Part shown: one piece after another, positions 29,095 through 37,920 of the stretch
Layout: each line of letters starts with the position of its first letter
How positions within the stretch are numbered: the first letter of the stretch is position 1
IMG/VR virus record: IMGVR_UViG_3300020166_000018
Strand: one strand, 5' to 3'
Origin: an uncultured virus (IMG/VR IMGVR_UViG_3300020166_000018)
Lineage: Duplodnaviria; Heunggongvirae; Uroviricota; Caudoviricetes
DNA: 64,000 bases
Notes under the pieces: model-generated
What the model saw: the letters and a program-made list of their open reading frames with translations, nothing else
What the model was told of the DNA's origin: nothing
Database searches by the model: none
Translations under genes and position numbers: made by a program

Positions 29095-29674
29095 AAATAT
29101 ACAAACTCTACTAGTTGTAGTATTAGCAGCCCTATTGTTTTTTCAACGAGGCTGCTCTTCTACACCTCCTGTGGAACCAAAAGTTATTACTGAAGTAGTA
29201 ACTAAATGGGATACTGTTAAAGTAGAACAAACAGAGTACGTTCCTCAAATAATTGAGAAAGTAGTAGTTAATATTGATACATTCTCTACACCAATTGATA
29301 CGGTTTCGGTACTAAAAGATTATTATGCAAAGTATTTCTATACTGATACTATTCAGTTAGATACACTAGGTTCTATTATTGTAAACGATACGATTACTAG
29401 AAACTTAATTTCATTCAGAGATGTTCAATCCAACATATTCATCCCAACAACTACAATTACTAATACTACTTACCTCTACAAAAGGGAATTTTTCGGAGGT
29501 ATTTCGGTAGGAGGGATGATAAACCCCGTACAAAATGAATCGCCAATAAATTATATTAGCGGTGAATTAATGTACGTTAATAAAAAAAGAAATGTATACG
29601 GTTTTGGTTTAGGAGTAGATAAAGATTTCTTCCCTATAGTATCAGGCCGCCTATATTGGAAAATAGGTAAATAA
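29078..29674 (+). CDS. Membrane-anchored/lipoprotein-like protein (possible lysis/spanin-like)
   Basis: TTG start; hydrophobic LLVVVLAALLFF followed by QRGC; C-terminal amphipathic beta strands ending GRLYWKIGK. Confidence 0.5.
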   Translation: MKGYFKNIQTLLVVVLAALLFFQRGCSSTPPVEPKVITEVVTKWDTVKVEQTEYVPQIIEKVVVNIDTFSTPIDTVSVLKDYYAKYFYTDTIQLDTLGSIIVNDTITRNLISFRDVQSNIFIPTTTITNTTYLYKREFFGGISVGGMINPVQNESPINYISGELMYVNKKRNVYGFGLGVDKDFFPIVSGRLYWKIGK

Positions 29675-31248
29675 TGGCTGAACAAAATTTAAGAAAAATC
29701 ATTCAACAAGAGTATGTTAAATGTGCTGCTGACCCAGTTCATTTTATGCGTAAGTACTGTTATATACAGCATCCTCAACGTGGACGTATTCCATTTAATC
29801 TATATCCATTCCAAGATAAAGTATTAAAGTTATTCCAAGAAAATCCATATTCTGTAGTATTAAAATCTAGACAGCTAGGTATTTCAACCTTAGGTGCAGG
29901 TTATTCTTTATGGTTAATGTTATTCCATAAAGATAAAAACGTACTTTGTATTGCGACAAAGCAGGATACAGCTAAAAACATGGTTACAAAGGTTAAATTC
30001 ATGTATGAAAATTTACCTTCATGGCTTAAAATAGATGCACCTGAAAATAACAAATTAACATTACGATTAAGTAATGGATCACAAATTAAAGCAACATCAG
30101 CCTCAAGTGATGCTGGTAGATCAGAAGCAGTTTCCCTTCTATTAATTGATGAGGCTGCTTTTATTGATAACATTGGTGAAATATGGGCTTCAGCTCAACA
30201 AACACTAGCTACTGGTGGTGGATGTATAGCACTTTCTACCCCTTATGGTACAGGTAATTGGTTTCATCAAACATGGGTTAGAGCAGAAAATCAAGAAAAC
30301 GATTTCTTACCTATTAAACTTCCATGGTATGTCCACCCAGAACGTGATCAAGCATGGAGAGATAGACAAGATGAATTACTAGGTGACCCCAGAATGGCAG
30401 CACAAGAGTGTGATTGTGATTTTAATACATCTGGTGATACTGTGTTCTATGCTGAATACTTAGAATTTTATGAGCAAACTTATATTAAAGATCCCCTCGA
30501 AAAACGAGGTGCTGACCAAAATTTATGGATTTGGGAGCCAGCAGACTATTCTAGAACCTACATTGTGGTTGCAGATGTTGCTCGTGGCGATGGGAAAGAC
30601 TATTCTGCGTTCCATATTATTGACATTGAAACGAATACCCAAGTTGCTGAATACAAAGGACAATTAGGTACCAAAGAATATGGACATTTATTAGTTGGTA
30701 TTGCTACTGAATACAATGAAGCTATGTTAGTAGTAGAAAATGCTTCAATTGGTTGGGCAACAATCCAAACTATTATTGATAGAGGATATACTAACCTTTA
30801 TTACTCATCTAAAAGTGATGCTACAAAAGCAAATTCGTATTTTGATAAATATATGGATACGAGTAAAATGGTTCCTGGTTTTAGTATGACATCAAGAGTT
30901 AGACCTTTAATAATAGGTAAACTCCAAGAATACGTTAATGATAAATCAGTTACAATTCAATCAAAACGTTTGCTTGAAGAAATGAAAGTATTCATGTGGA
31001 AAAATGGTCGTGCTGAAGCCCAACAAGGTTATAATGATGATTTAGTTATGTCGTTTGGTATGGGTATGTTTATGAGAGATACATCATTTAAATTTAGTCA
31101 ACAACATTTAGACATGAGTAAAGCAGCACTAAATGGTATTGCTACTAATAAAGTATCTTGGAAGGGTGGTTATAATGCTAATAGTATTGATAACCCATAT
31201 ACCCAAGAAATAAATGGGAAACAAGAAGATATTAGTTGGTTGCTTTAG
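29674..31248 (+). CDS. terL: Terminase large subunit (T4 gp17-like)
   Basis: LKSRQLGIST Walker A; LLLIDEAAF Walker B; STPYG; ADVARGDGKDYS and NDDLVMS nuclease motifs. Confidence 0.93.
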   Translation: MAEQNLRKIIQQEYVKCAADPVHFMRKYCYIQHPQRGRIPFNLYPFQDKVLKLFQENPYSVVLKSRQLGISTLGAGYSLWLMLFHKDKNVLCIATKQDTAKNMVTKVKFMYENLPSWLKIDAPENNKLTLRLSNGSQIKATSASSDAGRSEAVSLLLIDEAAFIDNIGEIWASAQQTLATGGGCIALSTPYGTGNWFHQTWVRAENQENDFLPIKLPWYVHPERDQAWRDRQDELLGDPRMAAQECDCDFNTSGDTVFYAEYLEFYEQTYIKDPLEKRGADQNLWIWEPADYSRTYIVVADVARGDGKDYSAFHIIDIETNTQVAEYKGQLGTKEYGHLLVGIATEYNEAMLVVENASIGWATIQTIIDRGYTNLYYSSKSDATKANSYFDKYMDTSKMVPGFSMTSRVRPLIIGKLQEYVNDKSVTIQSKRLLEEMKVFMWKNGRAEAQQGYNDDLVMSFGMGMFMRDTSFKFSQQHLDMSKAALNGIATNKVSWKGGYNANSIDNPYTQEINGKQEDISWLL

Positions 31249-31275
31249 ACAATATTTATAATAATAACAGATATT

Positions 31276-33135
31276 ATGGCTGATAAAGGCTTATTTACTA
31301 GATTACAAAGATTATTTTCCTCGGATGTTGTTATCCGTAATGTAGGAGGTAATCAATTAAAAACGGTTGATACCGATCATATCCAGACCTCTGGTGAGTT
31401 TGCTACAAACTCTTTAATGGATAGATATAGAGGAGTCTACCAAAACCCATCTTCAACCTCATTATATGGTTCTCAGTTCAATATGAACTACCAATACATG
31501 AGAACTATGCTCTATTCAGATTATGATATAATGGATACAGATGCTATTGTAGCTTCTGCTCTAGATATTGTAGCTGATGAATGTTCACTTAAAAATGATA
31601 TGGGTGAGGTATTACAAATTAAATCCTCCGATGAAGATATTCAAAAAATTCTATATAACTTATTTTACGATGTATTAAATGTTGAATTTAATCTTTGGTC
31701 TTGGACTCGTCAAATGTGTAAATATGGTGATTTCTTCCTTAAACTAGAGATCTCAGAAAAATTTGGTGTTTATAACGTAATACCTTATTCAGCATACCAC
31801 ATTGAAAGACAAGAAAATTTCGACCCAGAAAATCCATCTAAAGTAATATTTAACTATAACCCAGATGGGTTCTATGGTGGTTCTTCTTCTGGTTATTATA
31901 ATGTTCCAAACCAGCAAAATGCTAATATGGTTACATTTGATAATTATGAAATTGCTCACTTCCGTTTACTTTCGGATATGAATTATCTACCTTATGGTAG
32001 ATCATATATCGAACCAGGTCGTAAACTCTACAAACAATATGCGTTAATGGAAGATGCTATGTTAATCCATAGAATTGTAAGAGCTCCTGAAAAACGTATT
32101 TTTAAAATTAATGTTGGTTCTATTCCACCAAATGAAGTAGAAAACTTCATGCAAAAAACTATTTCAACACTTAAGCGTACTCCATATATGGATGAGCAAA
32201 CAGGTGAATATAACTTGAAATATAACATGCAAAACTTACTTGAGGATTTTTATCTACCAGTTAGAGGAAATGATCAAGCAACTCAAATTGAAACTACACC
32301 TGGTTTATCATATGATGGTATTCAAGATGTAGAATACTTAAGAGAAAAATTATTTGCTGCCCTTAAAGTACCAAAAGCATTTATGGGTTACGATGCTGAT
32401 CTATCAGGTAAAGCAACACTAGCAGCTGAGGATATTCGTTTCGGTCGTACAATTGATCGTATCCAACGTATCCTAATTTCAGAATTATATAAAATTGCAT
32501 TAGTTCACTTGTATGCTCAAGGGTATAGAGACGAACAAATGACTAATTTTACCCTAGATTTAACTACACCTTCTATTATCTACGATCAAGAAAAGATCGC
32601 ATTAATGAAAGAAAAAGTAGATCTAGCATCACAAATGATGGAAAACAAGTTAGTCCCAACAGATTGGATCTACGAGCATATTTTCCACTTTAGTGAAGAC
32701 CAATATGAAGAATACAGAGACTTAATAGCTCAGGATCAAAAACGTCAATTCCGTTTAGCTCAAATTGAGACTGAAGGCAATGACCCATTAACAACAGGAC
32801 GTTCATATGGTACACCTCACGATTTAGCTTCATTATACGGTCAAGGTAGAATGGAAAGTGATCCAAGTAATGTACCTGATGGGTATGATGAGAAAAAGCC
32901 ATTAGGTCGCCCTGAAGAAAAAGCATCAAATATTAATACTCAAGATAATGTATTTGGTAAAGATCGTTTAGGTAAAAAAGAAATGAAAGCTAATGAGCCT
33001 ATAGGTTTAAGAGAAAATGCACAAAAGCAATTTATAAAAAATCGCTCTTTATTTGAAGGTTTAGACAAAGAAATTGTGTTTAAATCTGATAAACGCAAAG
33101 AATCATTATTAGATGAATCAAGAATTAAAGAGTAA
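31276..33135 (+). CDS. Portal protein (T4 gp20-like)
   Basis: LMEDAMLIHRIVRAPEKRIFKINVG; LEDFYLPVRG; EYLREKLFAALKVP. Confidence 0.92.
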   Translation: MADKGLFTRLQRLFSSDVVIRNVGGNQLKTVDTDHIQTSGEFATNSLMDRYRGVYQNPSSTSLYGSQFNMNYQYMRTMLYSDYDIMDTDAIVASALDIVADECSLKNDMGEVLQIKSSDEDIQKILYNLFYDVLNVEFNLWSWTRQMCKYGDFFLKLEISEKFGVYNVIPYSAYHIERQENFDPENPSKVIFNYNPDGFYGGSSSGYYNVPNQQNANMVTFDNYEIAHFRLLSDMNYLPYGRSYIEPGRKLYKQYALMEDAMLIHRIVRAPEKRIFKINVGSIPPNEVENFMQKTISTLKRTPYMDEQTGEYNLKYNMQNLLEDFYLPVRGNDQATQIETTPGLSYDGIQDVEYLREKLFAALKVPKAFMGYDADLSGKATLAAEDIRFGRTIDRIQRILISELYKIALVHLYAQGYRDEQMTNFTLDLTTPSIIYDQEKIALMKEKVDLASQMMENKLVPTDWIYEHIFHFSEDQYEEYRDLIAQDQKRQFRLAQIETEGNDPLTTGRSYGTPHDLASLYGQGRMESDPSNVPDGYDEKKPLGRPEEKASNINTQDNVFGKDRLGKKEMKANEPIGLRENAQKQFIKNRSLFEGLDKEIVFKSDKRKESLLDESRIKE

Positions 33136-33171
33136 TATCTCCTTATATATTTATAATAAATCCTAGTAGGA

Positions 33172-34029
33172 ATGAACATTAAACATTCAAAGTATAAAAA
33201 TACTGGTATCCTTTTCGAATTATTAGTTCGTCAAGTAACGGCTGACACTTTAAATGGTGTAGAGTCTGCCGCTATTAAATTGATTCAAAAATATTTCGTT
33301 AAATCCGAATTAGGAAAGGAATATAAATTATATGAAGCGTTAACTAAAACTACTACCCTTACTGAAAGTAAGGCTAATGTTTTAATTCAAACGTTATTAG
33401 AATCTTCTAAAAAATTAAATCGTAGAGCTCTTAAAAAAGAAAAATATAACTTAATTAATGAAATTAAGACTAGCTATAATTTAGAAGAATTCTTTAAAAC
33501 AAAACTTCCACATTATAAAGTACATGCTGCTTATTATATGTTATCGGAAGTACAAAGTACTGAAGCTTTAGTAGATACTAATATTATTGTAAATAATAAA
33601 ATGACTCTTCTAGAGCATCTTTCTACTTCAGATATTAATGGAGAAAAAGTTGAAGCCGAAGTATTAAGAGAATTCCAATCATACGATAAAGATACTCGTA
33701 TGCTTACCTATAGAATCCTAATGGAAAAATTCAATGGTAAGTATGATGGTTTATACACTAGCCAAAAAGAAGTACTAAGACAGTATGTTAATTCAGTTGA
33801 TTCAACACCTGTATTAAGAGAATTTTATAACACTGAAGTAGATAAAATTAAAACTCAATTAAATGAGTTATCTTCTCAAATTACAGATAAAGCAGTTCAA
33901 ATTAAAATTAATGAAGTAAATAATATAATTGAAACATTAGATAAGACTGCAAATGTAACATCTGATAATATTGTAAATATATTACAGTATCTAGAATTAG
34001 TAGAAGAATTAAAAACCGCTCATGGCTAA
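33172..34029 (+). CDS. Hypothetical head-assembly-region protein
   Basis: 285-aa helical ORF between the portal and protease genes. Confidence 0.65.
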   Translation: MNIKHSKYKNTGILFELLVRQVTADTLNGVESAAIKLIQKYFVKSELGKEYKLYEALTKTTTLTESKANVLIQTLLESSKKLNRRALKKEKYNLINEIKTSYNLEEFFKTKLPHYKVHAAYYMLSEVQSTEALVDTNIIVNNKMTLLEHLSTSDINGEKVEAEVLREFQSYDKDTRMLTYRILMEKFNGKYDGLYTSQKEVLRQYVNSVDSTPVLREFYNTEVDKIKTQLNELSSQITDKAVQIKINEVNNIIETLDKTANVTSDNIVNILQYLELVEELKTAHG

Positions 34030-34516
34030 AATTGGCGATACTGAAGTAAAAGGTGGTATACAAACTACTGTAACTAATATTGACCCTGAAACGGGTCAGA
34101 TTACTTGGGACGTTGATTACACAGCAGATTACAAAAAATTATTTAAGGATATTACTGACCTAATGAAAACAGCTAAAGAGGTAGCTGATATAACAGGTGA
34201 AGCTTTTTTTAAAGACCATTATTTAGATATTAGAAAACGTAGAAATGAGTTAAGAACTTATTTACGTAATAATAAATCTGAAGAATATGCTCGCATTAAA
34301 GGTTTAGATGAAACCAGTACTACAGGTGGAGGCAACAGTTTTTCATCTCAAGCAGGTGCTGGTGCTCAATATGCTACCCCAAATGCTTTTAGTAAAAATA
34401 AAAAAGGTAAATATGCTGATGGAGGTATGTATACTAAAAAGTTTGGCTACAAATTAGTTCCTAAACCACATTCTACACCAGGTGTAGAAGTTAAATATTT
34501 ATGGGGGAAGAAATAA
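34022..34516 (+). CDS. Hypothetical protein containing a capsid-N-terminus-like peptide
   Basis: 164 aa; GNSFSSQAGAGAQY. Confidence 0.65.
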   Translation: MAKIGDTEVKGGIQTTVTNIDPETGQITWDVDYTADYKKLFKDITDLMKTAKEVADITGEAFFKDHYLDIRKRRNELRTYLRNNKSEEYARIKGLDETSTTGGGNSFSSQAGAGAQYATPNAFSKNKKGKYADGGMYTKKFGYKLVPKPHSTPGVEVKYLWGKK

Positions 34517-34517
34517 T

Positions 34518-34763
34518 ATGTATAAGTATAAATTAAATTTAAAAGAACGCGATGAAAATCGAGCAGCATACCAAGAAAAACGTATTGCTGCTTTTCAAGA
34601 CATTGAAGCACGTTTAAATAGTTTATACCCTTTAATAGATAAAGCTAAAGATGAAACAATAGCTTACTATCAGGACAAACCAGAATCATATAGTGTTGTA
34701 TACGCTACTGATTTGATTTTAGATTATTTAAAAGACATTGACAAATTATTAAAACAGCAATAA
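34518..34763 (+). CDS. Hypothetical protein
   Basis: 81 aa; coupled to the next gene by TAATG. Confidence 0.6.
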   Translation: MYKYKLNLKERDENRAAYQEKRIAAFQDIEARLNSLYPLIDKAKDETIAYYQDKPESYSVVYATDLILDYLKDIDKLLKQQ

Positions 34764-35833
34764 TGAAAACACTTCAAGAACAGTACAACCTTATTAAAGA
34801 AGGAAAAGGACACAAGGATGTGTTTATGAAAACTGCATTAAGACAGTTTCCTAACTTATTTAATAACCTAACAAATTTCCCTACAGCAGTAAAGGTATTG
34901 AAACAAAAATCAATCCTATCTGAAGGTGTTGGTGGTGTGGTAACTCAGAATACATCTAACCCATTTGCTAATTGGGAAAAGTTTTTAGCTGAAGAGGCTA
35001 AAGCAGTAGAAAAGGAACCTACTAAAGAAGTAGTTGATATGGAAACCCAGGGTTACGATTATAAGGACCCAAAACTCATTGATAATTTATATGGTGAAGC
35101 TTTTTTACAAGGGTATTATACAGAAATGAAAGATCCTAAAAATGCTGGTAAGACTGTAGATGAGTTAAAAGAAATTGTAGCTAAAAATATGACTAAAGAT
35201 AGAACATATTATGCTACAAATGCTCAGTTTGGTATCAAAGGCATTGGTTATACAGAAGATGCTCCTGGTTTAGCTGTATCGGATAAAGAATTAAAAGGTA
35301 AATATGCTTCATCTGGTATGGAAGAAGTAAAACTTAAAGAAGATGTAATGGCAAATTTAAAAGATTTATTAAAAGAAACTCTTAGTGGTTATGTTGATGT
35401 TCAGCCTATGAATATCCCAGCTCCAGTTCAAGAAGACGCCCGTACAGATGCCGAAGAAGAAGGCTATTTAGATGGAATGCGTGATGAAAAAGCAGACGAA
35501 AAAGCTAAAGCTAAAAAGAAAAAAGTTAAAAAAGAAACAGTAGATTCTAAATTAGCTGAAATCGAAAAAGCAGGTAAAATTACTACATTAGAGGCTCAAA
35601 TTGAGGCTTTAGATGAAGCAATTGAAACTAAAAACCATAGAATTTCAATGGTAACAGAAGATGATAATCTATCTGAACTAGTTGATAAAGCTAAAATGAA
35701 AGAAATGCAACGTGAAGTTAAAGACCTTGAAAAAAGAAAGGCTAAAATGGAAAAGTTGTACGAAAAAATGTGTGGTAAAGCTTACTCTAAACCAGAGATG
35801 GTAGATGAAGTAACTGAAGAGTACGAAGACTAA
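34763..35833 (+). CDS. Putative prohead core/internal protein
   Basis: 356 aa; EDARTDAEEEGY motif; C-terminal coiled coil; directly upstream of the protease. Confidence 0.6.
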   Translation: MKTLQEQYNLIKEGKGHKDVFMKTALRQFPNLFNNLTNFPTAVKVLKQKSILSEGVGGVVTQNTSNPFANWEKFLAEEAKAVEKEPTKEVVDMETQGYDYKDPKLIDNLYGEAFLQGYYTEMKDPKNAGKTVDELKEIVAKNMTKDRTYYATNAQFGIKGIGYTEDAPGLAVSDKELKGKYASSGMEEVKLKEDVMANLKDLLKETLSGYVDVQPMNIPAPVQEDARTDAEEEGYLDGMRDEKADEKAKAKKKKVKKETVDSKLAEIEKAGKITTLEAQIEALDEAIETKNHRISMVTEDDNLSELVDKAKMKEMQREVKDLEKRKAKMEKLYEKMCGKAYSKPEMVDEVTEEYED

Positions 35834-35834
35834 G

Positions 35835-36440
35835 ATGAAAAAAGTACTAGTAGAAACTCAACTCTTTAAACCACGAGGTTTAATGTTAACTGAAGGGAAA
35901 CTCTCGAATAGAGGTAACCCTATGGTTGAGGGTATCCTAGCTACTGCTGAAGTAAAAAATGGTAATGGTCGTTACTACCCAAAGGAATTATGGGAACGTG
36001 AGATCGATAAATACATGGAATCAGTTAAACAAAACAGAGCATTAGGTGAGTTAGACCACCCAGAATCCTCTGTTATTAACTTAAAAAATGTATCCCATAA
36101 TATTACTGAAATGTGGTGGGATGGAGATAAAGTATTAGGTAAAATTGAAATTCTACCTACCCCATCAGGTAATATCTTAAAAGCATTAATCGAAAATAAT
36201 ATTACTGTAGGTGTATCTTCACGTGGAATGGGTTCATTAGAAGATAGGGGTGGTGTATTAGAGGTACAAGATGACTTCGAATTACTATGTTGGGATTTTG
36301 TTTCAACTCCATCTAACCCAGGTTCATATATGGAAATTGTTACCGAAGGTAAATTAGCTCAAATAAATAAATATCAAGGTGTTAATAGTATTGTAAATGA
36401 AATTTTATGTGCTAATACTTGTACTTGTTATTTAGACTAA
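35835..36440 (+). CDS. Prohead core protease (T4 gp21-like)
   Basis: KNGNGRYYP; ALGELDHP; VSHNI; GVSSRGMGS; DFVSTPS. Confidence 0.93.
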   Translation: MKKVLVETQLFKPRGLMLTEGKLSNRGNPMVEGILATAEVKNGNGRYYPKELWEREIDKYMESVKQNRALGELDHPESSVINLKNVSHNITEMWWDGDKVLGKIEILPTPSGNILKALIENNITVGVSSRGMGSLEDRGGVLEVQDDFELLCWDFVSTPSNPGSYMEIVTEGKLAQINKYQGVNSIVNEILCANTCTCYLD

Positions 36441-36467
36441 TACCTCTGTATTGAGGCGCTACCAAAG

Positions 36468-36495
36468 AACGCTCTCCGAAAGGGGGGCGTTTTTT
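36468..36495 (+). terminator. Rho-independent terminator
   Basis: AACGCTCTCC-GAAA-GGGGGGCGTT followed by a T run, after the protease gene. Confidence 0.8.
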
Positions 36496-36623
36496 ATGTC
36501 TCTTTATATATGTATAGCTGTAACGTGAGCAATATACTATGATCTATATAGTATTCACTATTTAAATAATTCTTATTACGTCTCCTAATAGGCGTACTCC
36601 ACAAACTAAATTTTGAGGTAATT

Positions 36624-37895
36624 ATGGCAAACAGAGATCTGCTTAAAGAAGCAATCGCTGACGCAAAAGCACTTAAAGAAACTGCTATTGCTAATGCAAA
36701 AGTCGCTCTAGAAGAAGCTTTCGAACCAAGACTCAAGTCTATGCTTTCAGCTAAACTTGAAGAAATGGAAAAGGAAGAATTGGAAGAAAGCGATGTTGAA
36801 ATGAACGAGGCTAAAGAAGAACTCGATGAAAAATCTGATCGTAAAGACGGAGGTGAAGACAAAGAAACTAAACGTACAGAAAAAATGAAGTACGGTAAAG
36901 ACTTAGCTGAAGCTGAAGTAGACGAAGAGATGGATCTAGACGAAATCTTAGCTGAACTCGAAGGTGATTTATCTGAAGATGCAAGAACTGACGCTGAGGA
37001 AGAAGGCTACAAGGACGGTATGGAAGATGAAAAAGAAGACATGGAAGATAAAGACGAAGATGAAGAAATTGATCTTGACGACTTATCAGAAGATGATCTA
37101 AAATCATTTATCGAAGACGTAATCGCTGATATGGTTACTGCTGGTGAATTAGAAGCTGGTGATGAATTCGAAGTTGAAGACGAAGAAGTTGAAGACGATG
37201 AAGAAATCGATGTAGAAGATGACACAGAAGTAGACGTTGAAGTTAACGAAGCAAAAGAAGAAATCGATGAAGCAAAAGATGACATGGATGAAGGCTACGG
37301 CAAAGATGATATGGATGAAGGCATCATGGATAAATTGAAAAAAGCTTATAACGATAAAGAACTTCTTTCAAAAATCGTAACTGTAGATGGTGAAAAAGTA
37401 TCTATGAAAGATTTATTAGGACTAGCAGGTGCAGGTGCAACTGGTGGTATGGCTAAATCAGGAGCAGGTAAAACATCATCCTTAGGTGAAGATGCTCGTA
37501 CTGATGCCGAAGAAGAGGGTTACCTCGACGGTATGAAAGACGAAAAAGAAGATATGGATGAAATGAAAAAAGAAATCGAGGAATTGAGATCTGACCTTCA
37601 CGAAACTAATCTTTTGAACGCTAAATTGCTTTACACAAATAAAATTTTCAGAGCTAAAAACTTAAAAGAAGCTCAGAAAGTGAAGGTTCTAGAAGCATTT
37701 GATAAAGCATCAAATGTAAAAGAAGTAAAACTTATTTTTGAAACTTTAAATGAGGGTATGGTTGCAAGACCAACAACTCAAATTAAAGAATCATTAGGTT
37801 CAGCTTCTAAACCAGCTGGTGTTGCTAAAAAAGCTCCTATCATGGAAATTGATCCACAGGTAGCTAGATGGCAAAAACTTGCAGGTTTAAAATAA
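36624..37895 (+). CDS. Prohead scaffold/core protein (T4 gp22-like position)
   Basis: Very acidic 423-aa ORF between protease and capsid; DLLKEAIADAK..; NLLNAKLLYTNK; ends RWQKLAGLK. Confidence 0.75.
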   Translation: MANRDLLKEAIADAKALKETAIANAKVALEEAFEPRLKSMLSAKLEEMEKEELEESDVEMNEAKEELDEKSDRKDGGEDKETKRTEKMKYGKDLAEAEVDEEMDLDEILAELEGDLSEDARTDAEEEGYKDGMEDEKEDMEDKDEDEEIDLDDLSEDDLKSFIEDVIADMVTAGELEAGDEFEVEDEEVEDDEEIDVEDDTEVDVEVNEAKEEIDEAKDDMDEGYGKDDMDEGIMDKLKKAYNDKELLSKIVTVDGEKVSMKDLLGLAGAGATGGMAKSGAGKTSSLGEDARTDAEEEGYLDGMKDEKEDMDEMKKEIEELRSDLHETNLLNAKLLYTNKIFRAKNLKEAQKVKVLEAFDKASNVKEVKLIFETLNEGMVARPTTQIKESLGSASKPAGVAKKAPIMEIDPQVARWQKLAGLK

Positions 37896-37920
37896 TAATT
37901 AATATTTAAATTTTAGACAA

